In this document: piece after piece, positions 13,701-25,700 of the stretch
Layout: each line of letters opens with the position of its first letter
Position numbering within the stretch: position 1 is the first letter of the stretch
From: Heterodontus francisci
Taxonomy: Eukaryota
Assembly: GCF_036365525.1 (NCBI RefSeq)
Contig: NC_090374.1
Location: 139,042,685-139,106,684, forward strand
Length of the DNA stretch: 64,000 nt
Direction: 5' to 3'
Program-made: the position numbers and the translations under genes
Notes under the pieces: generated by a model
Told to the model about the DNA's origin: nothing
Databases searched by the model: none
What the model saw: the letters and a program-made list of their open reading frames with translations, nothing else

Positions 13701-14468
13701 AGTTGACTTCATCAACACAACATGTCAGGTTCACAATGTGAAATGTCTGCTTGTCTTCTGGCTGAGAATTGCTCCACTCTGAGATCTTCTCTCAGGTCTA
13801 TTTTACTGTGGACTTCATCTATCAGCTTGCATTTACACAGTTCTCTGGCGCTCTGCTTGCTGCTGTTGCCATATTACTGCTCCTGTCTTCTGTTTGTTTG
13901 TGTCCTATTGTGACCTTTGACTGCATCTTTGGAGCCAGATTTCTTGCATAGGTGGGCCCAGTGTCATTTTGCGCTGCATGCCTTGCACAGATCTTGAAGT
14001 GCAGGACAACTTGGTGAGTGGAACAAATCACATTTACCACACAGCTTGTTTGCTTTTTATGACCTGGCTACCGTGCCAATACTGTTGGCTGCACCTAGTG
14101 TTTGCAGATGCTGTTGTCCGGCTACAATGACTTCATATTTCCAGCCATCTTCCATCAGCGCATCAATTCTGTGACCTTTCTTTTCCCCAAGAGGTCTTTT
14201 TGGAATGCTTCAATTGGTGTTGAGACAATCACCAGCTTCATTATTCGCTCCGATTGCTCAATTTCTGAAAAATCGCATTTGTTGCACTGACTACGGTATC
14301 CACGGATGAATTGATCTATTGATTCCTGTGGCTGTTGCCTGTAGGACATCAATTCCAGGCAATGAATTCTAAAATTCACTCTTACCTGAAGCTGATCTTC
14401 TACCACTTTCCATATCTTTATGGGATCTTTCTGGTCCTCTTCAGATAAGCCAGAGGTATTGATTCTGT

Positions 14469-15359
14469 AGACAAAGTGACTCCTGACAATGCAGCGGCCC
14501 ACTGATGTCATCAGAGTGCTCCAAACTGCGCAGATATGCAAATGGTCTCCAGCGCACTGAGATGCTGCGCATGCACACCCTAGGTCTTGCCCTGCCAGGA
14601 CTAACTAGCGCATGTACAGAAAAACTCTCTTCCCCCCCCACCCCCCCCCACCCTCGGTCACTCACTCCAGGCTGCTTGCTCCTCGTTACAGTCCACCCCC
14701 ACCCTCCAGCCACTCGCTCCCTGCTTCCCCCCCCACCACGCTGTCCTGCCCCTCGCTTCGCCCCAACCATCCCTCGAGATGCTAGCTCTTGGCTGCGGGC
14801 CGCTTCCCTCCTCTCGGCCGCTCACTCCTGCATTGCCCCATCACCCGTCACCGCCTGCTTTGCTTCTTGGGGCGGAGCGAGTGGCCGAGAGGAGGGAAGC
14901 AGTGCAGCCTGTGGCCTACAGCTAGCATCTGGAGGAATGGGGTGGAGGGGGGGGGGGGCGGCGGGAAGTGGGGAACGAGCGGCTGGTGCGCAGGATGGTG
15001 GGGAAGTGGGGAGTGAACGGTCAGAGAGCAGGATGGGGGGGTGCTGGGAGAGGGATTGAACGGCTGGAGAGCAGGATGGCACTGAAACCTCACAGAATTA
15101 CGGAGGGTGTGCAGCACTGTCAGAGGTGCTGTCCTTCTGATGAGGCTTTGAACAGCACAATGTTTTTCCAGTATCAAACATGTCCATTGTGTGCTGTTAT
15201 GGGTTGAAGTTGTTTTTCTGTGATAAACTGAGCAGCACCATCTTTAAGCCTGGCAGCTGGCTGCACGTCGCAGACAGAGATGTATAAGTGGAAGAGGCTG
15301 CATTTGAGCATGTGCAAGTACAGCACCACCTAGTGGTTGCATTGTCAGCAAATGCAGCC
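14469..15359. mobile_element. Non-coding GC-rich insertion inside gag with subterminal inverted repeats
   Basis: Flanked by direct repeat ttctgt (14463-14468, 15360-15365). Inverted pair ctgacaatgca (~14483) and tgcattgtcag (~15338). The gag reading joins across it. Confidence 0.75.
15321..15340 (-). promoter_or_regulatory. CTCF-like motif within the insertion
   Basis: Minus strand GCAACCACTAGGTGGTGCTG is close to the CCACYAGRKGGCRS core consensus. Motif match only. Confidence 0.35.
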
Positions 15360-16290
15360 TTCTGTCTCACCCCTCATTTCCAACTGCTGTCAGTATTTTC
15401 ACAGCCTGCTTCTCTAGTTTTGCAACCGCTTGGTCTATGAAGCATAACTACATTCTTTGTTTAAAAAATTTGAACTCGGATCGGATATCAATGGCCTTCC
15501 AATTAATGCTAGGAAATTTGATATCCATCCTTCTGCTGTTCTTTTGCTTTCTGCTCTATATTTAACTTTGTTCAGCTCGGTGTGTGCCTTCAGCACTGTG
15601 CTTATTATGACTTTCCTATTTGTGGCTTCAAATTTGTGTTAAAACATTGTCTATTAACTCTGCACTATTCCCCCTTTAAGACATTTTATTTTCCAGGCTA
15701 GCTGCTTTGAATGGAGTGTAACAGGTGCTTGACAGTGTTCTGTGTTTTTTCTCTTTCATCACTTTGCTTGTATGTTTGCACAACTGTTTGATAGGCAGTT
15801 CAAGGGTTTTCCCTTTTACTTTTTTTTTGTTTGAATTTTTTTATCTTCCTGCTTGACTGGTTTAATAATTTTCTTTTCAGCTTGACTGCTTTAATGGAGG
15901 CTTGGGGGTTTCCCATGCATTTTTCACTATTGGACTTTGCTTTTTTTCCAGTTCACGCATTTTTAAGGTTTTCTCCTTTTTTCCTCAAATTCGCTCACAC
16001 GGAGCCTTTAGAAATGGAATTAATTAAAAACTCTTCAAAGGCTTTGTTTTTTTTTTACCCAGATTCCTCGATCATCGGCACAATGACTCACCCAATCGCT
16101 TGCTTTTCAGCCATGCTTCCGTTCTATGGAGCTTTACTTAGCCTTCTGAGGAATGTAGCTTTCCTTCACTCTTTTTTTTCAGGAACATTTTAAAGTTTCT
16201 TCACTTGTTGCATCAAATTTTCTCTTCTGTTTTCTGTATTGCTTTTACATTTTGTTTGCTGTTTTAGTTGTGGTCTTCAAGCTTATATCT

Positions 16291-16303
16291 TGTGTTTTCA
16301 CCA
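16291..16303 (-). promoter_or_regulatory. Putative primer binding site
   Basis: Minus strand TGGTGAAAAC... begins immediately after the 5' LTR; TGG pairs with the tRNA CCA end. The cognate tRNA was not identified. Confidence 0.6.
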
Positions 16304-16553
16304 TATCATGAGTTTTTTTATTATCTTAACCAACACAATGAAGTACATGGATTCCAGTTCCTTGAAGATCTCTAGAAGCTTTAGTTACAGCTAAACTAAT
16401 ACAATACCGAGCAAACCATCTACAAATCTTTTGTCTGGGGTGTTACAGTGCAGAGAGACCAAGGCTTCTAGTCACATGACTACATCCTGGTACTTAGCTC
16501 ATTAGCATACTGAGCTCTTAAAGGGACATCACTCTTAAAGCGATCAGACAACA
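16304..16553 (-). repeat. 5' LTR
   Basis: Starts TGTTG on the minus strand; direct repeat of 11941-12188. Confidence 0.93.
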
Positions 16554-17287
16554 GTGCAGGGCATCAGGAGGCTGTGCTTCAGGCAGGCTGGATCTCTGCA
16601 TCCTCCTGCTGCCTGCTGGATCAGAGAGTCAAGCTTTTACAGTGGCTGTAAAACTTCATTACCACAGGTTAGCTCGAGGCTGCTATATGGGCCATTTCTA
16701 GCATATTCCTGTGCAGTACACAGCTCCATTGAACAGATCATCAATGTTTAGTTCCCCAGGACTAGCCAGTGTATCACTTTCCCCATTAACATGAACAGCC
16801 AAGATGAGGGAGCTGGCTTCCTCTGCATCCAGCCCATCATGAACTGCACACATGTTGCCATCAGAGTCCCAGGACACCAACCAGAAAACATTGTGAATAG
16901 GAAGGGCCACCATGCTGTTAATATGCAGTTCATCTCCAATCATGGAAACAGGATAATGCAAATTTGTGCAAGGTTCCTAGGTAGTTGTCATGATACTTTT
17001 ATCCTGTGATGTTCAACTATTTGTCCAATATTGAACCCCTTCCAGGAATGTGACAGGATTGCTGCTGGGAGACAAGAGATACCCAGCACATACATGGCTC
17101 ATAACACCCCACCGCAAACCCAACACCCCTGAACATCATAGGTATAATTAAAGCCAAAGGACAATCAGGATCATAATTGAGCCCCTCATTAACATAAAAG
17201 CCTGTTTTAGGTCACCATTCAAGATGCCTGAAAATTGGGTCATATGGTATTGGATATTGTTGAGGCATCCTTTGGGCACAGAGCAAT

Positions 17288-18908
17288 GATTCCCATTGAC
17301 TCCAGTTTTGCTAGGGCTCCTTGATGCCATACTCGGTCAAATGCTGCCTTGATGTCAAGGGCAGTCACTCTCACCTCAGGGGGAAAACCCTCTGCTGGCT
17401 GGTTGTTGAAGGTCAATCATCTCAGCTCCAGGACATCACTGCAGGAGTTCCTCAGGGTAGTATCCTAGGCCCAACCATCTTCAACTGCTTCATCAATGAC
17501 CTTCCTTCAATCATAAGGACAGAAGTGGGGATGTTCGCTGATGATTGCACAATGTTCAGCACCATTCGTGACTCCTCAGACACTGAAGCAGTCCGTGTAG
17601 AAATGCAGGAAGACCTGGACAATATCCAGGCTTGGGATGATAAGTGGCAAGTAACATTCGTGCCACACAAATGCCAGGCAATGACCATCTCCAACAAGAG
17701 AGAATCTAACCATCTCCCCTTGACATTCAATGGCATTACTATCGCTGAATCCCCCACTATCCACATCCTAGGGGCTACCATTGAGCATAAACTGAACTGG
17801 AGTAGCCATATAAATACCATGGCTACAAGAGCAGGTCAGAGGCTAGGAATCCTGAGGCGAGTAACTCACCTCCTGACTCCCCAAAGCCTATCCACCATCT
17901 ACAAGGCACAAGTCAGGAGTGTGATGGAATACTCTCCATTTGCCTCCAACAACACTCAAGAAGCTTGACACCATCCAGGACAAAGCAGCCCACTTGATTG
18001 GCACCCCATCTACAAACATTCACTCCCTCCACCACCAACACACAGTGGCAGCAGTGTGTACCATCTACACGATGCACTGCAGCAAAGCACAAAGGCTCCT
18101 TAGACAGCACCTTCCAAACCCACGACCTCTACCAACTAGAAGGACAAGGGCAGCAAATACATGGGAATACCACCACCTGCAAGTTCCCCTCCAAGTCACA
18201 CACCATCCTGACTTGGAACTATATCGCTGTTCCTTCACTGTCGCTGGGTCAAAATCCTGGAACTCCCTTCCTAACAGCACTGTGGATATACCTACCCCAA
18301 ATGGACTGCAGCAGTTCAAGAAGGCAGCTCACCACCACCAATAAATGGGCAATAAATGCTGACCTGGCCAGCGACGCCCACATCCCATGAATGAATTAAA
18401 AAAAACCTCTTGAGTTCAGCTCTTTTGTCCATGTTTGAACCAAGGCTGTAATGAGGTCAGGAGCTGAGTGGCCCTGGCGGAACCCAAACTGAGCATCACT
18501 GAGCAGGTTATTGCTAAGCAAGTGCTGCTTGATGGCACTGTTGATGACACCTTCCATCACTTTACTGATGATTGAGAGTAGACTGATGGGGCTGTAATTG
18601 GCCGGGTTAGACTTGTCCTGCTTTTTGTGTACAGGACATACCTGGGCAATGTTCCACATTGCCGGGTAGATGCCGGTGTTGTAGCTGTACTGGAACAGCT
18701 TGGCTAGGGGTGCGGCAAGTTCTGGAGCACAGGTCTTCAGTACTATTGCCGGAATATTGTCAGGACCCATAGCCTTTGCAGTATCCAGTGCCTTCAGTCG
18801 TTTCTTGATAACACGCGGAGTGAATCAAATTGGCTGAAGTCTGGCATCTGTGATGCTGGGGCCTTCAGGAGGAGGCTGAGATGGATCATCAACTCGGCAC
18901 TTCTGCCT
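17288..18908. mobile_element. L2/CR1-group LINE in three pieces of mixed orientation (minus 17288-17378, plus 17379-18405, minus 18406-18908)
   Basis: The plus piece has PQGSILGP, FADD and the 3' end; the minus pieces encode the upstream RT (GPDNIP...QFGFRQGHS and DIKAAFDRVW). Confidence 0.85.
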
Positions 18909-19497
18909 GCACAGCCAGTATTGATTGGCTACATGTAGGAGGTTTGCCTTTAGCACCACACTGGACAGTCAGGCTGCAACCAACATAGGGGTTGTGCCTC
19001 TCTTTGATGGGTGACTAACAATGGGAATGTATGTGCTTGCTGGAGAAGAGAGCTCATAATGCGTGGGAAATGTCAAGAACCACAGGCAGTGTGCCCTACA
19101 TGGCCATCCCATGGAAGAAGAGGCACTGGAGCTGGGTGGAATGGAGGCAGGCTCGGATATTGCAGATGGTGAGACAGGTGTGGAGCCCCAAGAGAGTGAG
19201 TGGCCTAATGGATGGGCGCAAGAGACCATAAGGCGAGTGCAAAGCATTGTGCTGATGTGTGCAGCACTGCTCACATAGAGCTCTAGATGTTGAGTAGCTA
19301 GAAGAATGTATTGTAAAGTGCAGGGCCCTCTCATCAGTCATCTCTCTTGCAGGTCATAGACAGAACTGGCCAGCCACCAAGTCTGACAACAGCCTCCCAC
19401 CACTGAGGAGGAGGAGACCTCAGAGGATGCACCCCCCACCGGTGCAGGTACTCTCACATTGGTGGGAAGCCATGCATGGTTAGTAATGGGGTCACCA

Positions 19498-20684
19498 TCA
19501 TAGAATGGTTACAGCATAGAAGGAGGCCTTTCAGTCCATTGTGTCTGTGCTGACTCCCTACAAGAGCAACATTTCCCCATAGGCCTCGATTGAATCTGCC
19601 TCTACCACACTCACAGGCGGTGTATTCCAGATCCTAACCACTCACTGCATAAAAAAGCTTTGCCTCATGTCACCACTGCTTCTTTTGCCAATCACTTTAA
19701 ATATGTGCCCTTTGGTCCTCGAACCTTCCACCAATGGGAACAGTTTCTCCCCAGATTTTGAACACCTCTATCAAATCACCTCTAATCTTCTCTTCACCAA
19801 GGAGAACAGGTCCAGCTTCTGCAGCCTTTCCATGTAACTGAAGTCCGTCATCCCTGGAACCATTCTCATGAATCTTTTCTGCACCCTCTCTAATGACGTA
19901 ACATCCTTCTGAAAGTGTGATGACCAGAACTGGACACAATATTCCAGTTGAGGCCGAACCAGTATTTTATATAGGTTTACCATAACTTCTTTGTTTTTGT
20001 ACTCTATGCCCCTATTTATAAAGCCCAGATCCCATTTGCTTTATTACCCACTTTCTCAACCTACCCTGCACCTTCAGTGATTTGTGCACATATACCCCCA
20101 GGACCCTCTGCTCCTGCACCTTTTTTTTACAATTGTACCCTTTAATTTATATTGCCTCTCTTCATTCTTCCTATGAAAATGAATCACTTCACGCTTCTCT
20201 GCATTAAATTTCATCTGTCACTTCTCCGCCCATTCCACCAGCCTGTCTACGTCCTCTTGAAGTTTATCACTATCCTCCTCACAGTTCACAACACTTCCAA
20301 GTTGTGTGTCATCTGCAGATTTTGAAATTGTGCCCTGTACACCCAAGTCCAGATCATTAATGTATATCAAGAAAAGCAGGGGTCCTAACACCAAGCTCTG
20401 GGAAACCCCACTATATACCTTCCTCCAGTCCGAAAAACAACTGTTCATAGCTACTCTCTGTTTCCTGTCACTCAACCAATTTCGTATCCATACGACTACA
20501 GTTCTTTTAATCCACACACTCTGACTTTTCTGACAAGCCTGTTATGTGGCACTTCATCAAATGCCTTTTGGAAGTCCATGTACACCACATCAACCTCTTT
20601 ACCCTCATCAGCCCTCCCTATTACCTCATCAAAAAACTCAAGCAAGTTAGTTAATTTCCTCTTAACAAATCCCTGCTGACATTC
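19498..20684 (-). mobile_element. Older CR1 LINE, 3' part (continues at 22806-22992 and ~23500-23560)
   Basis: YMDFQKAFD, SADDTQ and RPQLEYCVQFW ORFs. Confidence 0.85.
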
Positions 20685-22805
20685 AAAGAACAAAGAACAG
20701 TACAGCACAGGAACAGGCCATTCGGCCCTCCAAGCCTGCGCCAATCTTGATGCCTGCCTAAACTAAAACCTTCTGCACTTCCGGGGTCCGTATCCCTCTA
20801 TTCCCTTCCTATTCATGTATTTATGAAGATGTCTCTTAAACGTCGCTATCGTATCTGCTTCCACCACCTCCCCTGGCAGCAAGTTCCAGGCACTCACCAC
20901 CCTCTGTGTAAAAAAACTCCCTCTAAACTTTGCCCCTCGCACCTTAAACCTATGTCCCCTAGTAACTGACTCTTCCATCCTGGGAAAAAACTTCTGACTA
21001 TCCACTCTGTCCATGCCGCTCATAACTTTGTAAACCTCTATCATGTCGCCCCTCCACCTCCGTCGTTCCAGTGAAAGCAATCCAAGTTTTTCCAACCTCT
21101 CCTCATAGCTAATGCTCTCCAGACCAGGCAACATCCTGGTAAACCTCTTCTGTACCCTCTCCAAAGCCTCCACGTCCTTCTGGTAGTGTGGCGACCAGAA
21201 TTGCACACAATATTCTAAGTGTGGCCTAACTAAGGTTCTGTACAGCTGCAACATGACTTGCCAATTTTTATAATCTATGCCCCGACCGATGAAGGCAAGC
21301 ATGCCGTATGCCTCTTGACTACCTTATCCACCTGCGTTGCCATTTTCAGTGACCTGTGGACCTGTACGCCCAGATCTCTCTGCCTGTCAATACTCCTAAG
21401 GGTTCTGCCATTTACTGTATACCTCCCACCTGCATTAGACCTTCCAAAATGCATTACCTCACATTTGTCCGGATTAAACTCCATCTGCCATTTCTCCGCC
21501 CAAGTCTCCAACCGATCTATATCCTGCTGTATCCTCTGACAATCCTCATCATTATCCGCAACTCCACCAACCTTTGTGTCGTCCGCAAACTTACTAATCA
21601 GACCAGCTACATTTTCCTCCAAATCATTTATATATACTACAAACAGCAAAGGTCCCAGCACTGATCCCTGCGGAACACACTAGTCACATCCCTCCATTCA
21701 GAAAAACACCCATCCACTGTTACCCTCTGTCTTCTGTGACTGAGCCAGTTCTGTATCCATCTTGCCAGCTCACCTCTGATCCCGTGTGACTTCACCTTTT
21801 GCACCAGTCTGCCATGCGGGACCTTGTCAAAGGCTTTACTGAAGTCCATATAGATAATATCCACTGCCCTTCCTTCATCAATCATCTTCGTCACTTCCTC
21901 AAAAAACTCAATCAAATTAGTAAGACACGACCTCCCCTTCACAAAACCATGCTGTCTCTCGCTAATAAGTTTGTTTGTTTCCAAATGGGAGTAAATCCTG
22001 TCCCGAAGAATCTTCTCTAATAGTTTCCCTACCACTGACGTAAGGCTCACCGGCCTATAATTTCCTGGATTATCCTTGCCACCCTTCTTAAACAAAGGAA
22101 CAACATTGGCTATTCTCCAGTCCTCTGGGACCTCACCTGTAGCCAATGAGGATGCAAAGATTTCTGTCAAGGCCCCAGCAATTTCTTCCCTTGCCTCCCT
22201 CTGTATTCTGGGATAGATCCCATCAGGCCCTGGGGACTTATCTACCTTAATGCTTTGCAAGACACCCAACACCTCCTCCTTTTTGATAATGAGATGACTG
22301 AGACTATCTGCACTCCCTTCCCTAGGCTCATCATCCACCAAGTCCTTCTCCTTGGTGAATACTGATGCAAAGTACTCATTTAGCACCTCGCCCATTTCCT
22401 CTGGCTCCACGCATAGATTCCCATCTCTGTCCTTGAGTGGGCCAACCCTTTCCCTGGTTACCCTCTTGCTCTTTATATATGTATAAAAAGCCTTGGGATT
22501 TTCCTTAATCCTGTTTGCCAATGACTTTTCATGACCCCTTTTAGCCCTCCTAACTCCTTGCTTAAGTTCCTTCCTACTGTCTTTATATTTCTCAAGTGCT
22601 TCATCTGTTCCTAGCCTTCCAGCCCTTACAAATGCTTCCTTTTTCTTTTTGACTAGGCTCACAATATCCTGTGCTTTCCAAGGTTCCCGAAACTTGCCAA
22701 ACTTGTCTTTCTTCCTCACAGGAACATGCTGGTCCTGGATTCTAATCAGCTGACGTTTGAAAGACTCCCACATGTCAGATGTTGACTCCTACATGTCAGA
22801 TGTTG
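20685..22805 (-). mobile_element. Relatively young 5'-truncated CR1 LINE, related to element C
   Basis: 378-, 128- and 179-aa RT ORFs separated by two frameshifts; (tctttgt)-type tail at ~20685-20700. Confidence 0.93.
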
Positions 22806-22992
22806 ATTCCTTAAATAATTCACATTTGTCCAAGTGAGTATTTATTTTGTCCTGAATTATTGTTTCTAAAAGCTTTCCCTTCAATGAGGTTAAACTGACT
22901 GGCCTGTAGTTCCTTACTTCCCTAAGTGTCCTTGGGTGCATCTTGTCTGGTCCTGGTGACTTATCAGCTTTAAGCACAGCCAGCCTATCCAA

Positions 22993-23500
22993 TATAAAAA
23001 CAGAAAGTGCTGTGAATACTCAGCAGGTCTGGCAGGTCTTTGAAGAGTGAAGCAGAGTTAACATATCAGGTCTGTGACCTCTCAGCAAAACTGATAAAAG
23101 TTAGAGCTTTCAGCAAGTGAAAGGGAGTTGGGGCTAAGAAGAACAAAAGAGAAGGTGTGTGATAGGGTGGAGGGCAGGAGAGATTAAATGAAAGAGATAT
23201 CACAGAACAAAAGCAAAAGGAGTGCTAATAGTTGGAGTAAAAGATAAAGGATTCGTCCAGTGAGTGTTAATGGCAGAATAATGAACAACTCTGTCCAAAA
23301 GAAAAAACATGAAAAACAGGTTTAAGACAGACACATGGTTTAAAAACTAAAATCAAATAAATAAAAATAAAATGGCAGTCATACTCTGAAATTGTTGAAC
23401 TAAATGTTGAGTCCAGAAGGCTGTAGAGTGCCTAATCAGAAGATGAGTTGCTGTTCCTCGAGCTTACGTTGAGCTTCATTGGAACACTGTAGAAGGCCAA
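22993..23500 (-). mobile_element. Penelope-like element 3' fragment
   Basis: Parallels 46318-46386 plus 47148-47590 (terminal repeat and end of the GIY-YIG region). Confidence 0.7.
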
Positions 23501-24606
23501 AGCCTATTTATTACCTCTTCTTTATCAATTTTTAGCTCATTCAGTGTCTCAACCACCTCTTCTGTCTTTACCAAGTCATGGTGAAAGATGAAAAGGGTCA
23601 CAATCTGATGAGACAACATTGATATGCGCAAACAGCTGATGGAGGCAGTGACAGCTGAGGTCACTCACACTCAGAGGACTGTGGGAGAGCCCAGCAATGC
23701 TCAGCTCCAGGCTGATGACATGCCTCTGGAGTTATCCACAAGGCAACAGATACTGGAGCTGCAGCAGGAGGTCAAGGAACATCTGACAGAGTTTTCAAAG
23801 GCTATGCTCACCCATGTGTGGGTGATGGAGGAGTCATCTATTAGTGCTACCATGACTCTGGCATTTGCATGCATGGCTTCCTCCATCGAGAGATTGCTGA
23901 CCCCTCATGGAGAGCCATATCCAACATATTTCTCAGCGAATGCTGGAGATGCACGCAGACCTGAATGCCATTCCCACGTCCATGAGCTCTGTGGAACATT
24001 GGCTGGGAAAGAGAGGGACGAGACAGCTAGAGTCATTGCCAGGTCCTCGGACACCTCAGATGAGCAGGGAGGGCCAAGTGTGCCATGAAATGGAAGAGGA
24101 GCAACTGTCTGCTGCATCTGTAGGCTCCTGTCAGAGCGCTCCTGGTGAACAGTGGCTCTTCAGCCCCTCTGGCAGTGACACCAGCGCTTCCAGAAGTCAC
24201 GGAGGCAGACGGGGCTCCTGTACCTATGGAGGAGGCCTTCAAGATGCTGGGGCCTTCCAGGCCTCAGGCAGCTAGAGGACCACGGCCACACTCATCGAAA
24301 GCCACGGAGCAGAATGGCCAACAGGCTGCCTCCACCTCAGCTGACAGCACAGGGGGAGCACCATGTAGGAGTACCTGCAAGCATGTGATAAAGTCTACCT
24401 AGCTGCACTTGGTTTGCATGGGGTTAGATCCTGATGTTAGATACCACCCTGATGTGTACTTGTCTTAAATGAATTTGCTGGACCATTAACATTTCACTGG
24501 CTCCTGCAAAGGGAGTGATGGGAAGGAGCACCCACCAAATGAGGTCACGACATTTCCTATGCTGTTGCCTCATGTGATGACTGCTTCAGGAAAATGCTGA
24601 GGGCAA

Positions 24607-25700
24607 TCAAGAAAACGACAACAGGTCTGCAGGTGGTGGACGATTTATTGGATTGACTGGTTGGGTAAGTAAGGCTGATGTGAAACCTGCCTGTATTAAC
24701 ATTGCGAGAGCCTTTCTTGCGCATTTCTCATCACACATTTCCTGCTGTCTCTCAGGGTCTTCATTCTGTGGTACCTGGTCACCATCCCCCTCCATATCCT
24801 CATTGTTGGAGGAGGCATCACACTCCAGGATGTCCTCATTGTTCAAAGCTCCATACTTCTGCCAGGTTGTGAAGAGAACAACGCACCACCACGATACACG
24901 AGACCCTTGCTGGGGTGCATTGATGGGCTCCACCAGATCTATCCAGGCGTCCGAACTGCATTTTCAGAAGGCTTATGGTCTCTTTTTGATCGCTCAAGTT
25001 GTCCAGTGGCAGCTGTTGTATCCCTCCTTGCATCTGTGCTTGGGTTCCTTAGATGCGTCAGCAGCCAACTCTTTAGTGGGTAGCCCTTGCCACCCAGTAT
25101 CCAACCTTGAAGGTGTGTGGGGGGCTGGGGTGGGGGGGACTGAAAAATTAGGAACCTGGGATTGCCTTAATATGTAGGTGTGGCAACTTCCTGGGAATCT
25201 TGCACAGACCTGAAGGATCTGCTTGTGGTGGTCACAAACCAGTTGTACATTGAACTAATGAAAGCCCTTCCTGTTGATGAAGGCTGCTGCCTGGTCTATG
25301 GGAGCCTTGATGGCCACCTGCATGCAGTCAATGATATTCTGCACCTGGGGGAATCCAACAATGGCCCTGAATTCTAAGACCCTCTCAGCCTGACTGTCTG
25401 GTTCAGTGCGGAAGTGTACCTACTGGCTGGCCCTCTTGAACAGGCATTGGTGACCATTTTGATGCAGTGATGAGCCGCAGACTGGGAGATCCCACAGATA
25501 TCCCCAGGACATCCCTGGAATGATCCTGAGGCATAGACGTTTTGCACCACAGCGGCCTTCAACGCGACAGGCATTGGGTGCCCACCCTTCCCCATGGGGC
25601 TCAGCTCATCTGCCATCATGGCACATAGCTTGGTAATGGCCTCCCTGGGGGACATTTGTAGGAAGTTGAGCCTCCATCAGTAGACCGTCTCTGGGGGCTA
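24607..25700 (-). pseudogene. Harbinger DDE transposase remnant
   Basis: MPVALK...YASGSFQG...GDICGISQSAAHHCI; IDCMQVAIKAP; LLKMQFGRLDRSGGAHQCTPARVSCIVVVRCSLHNLA. Confidence 0.9.

Larger units (their letters stand above)
13946..15528 (-). pseudogene. gag: Gypsy gag with two CCHC-type zinc knuckles, interrupted by the insertion at 14469-15359
   Basis: ATG at 15528 gives MDIKFPSINWKAIDIRSEFKFFKQRM*LCF...AVGNEG*DR | INTSGLSEEDQKDPIKIW...YRQQPQESIDQF...CDF. Knuckles CGKCDLFHSPSCPALQDLCKACSAK*HW lie at ~14041-13946. Confidence 0.85.

Noticed and set aside
14441-15207. Cluster of Pro/Gly-rich ORFs
   Set aside because: An artefact of the GC-rich, low-complexity insertion.
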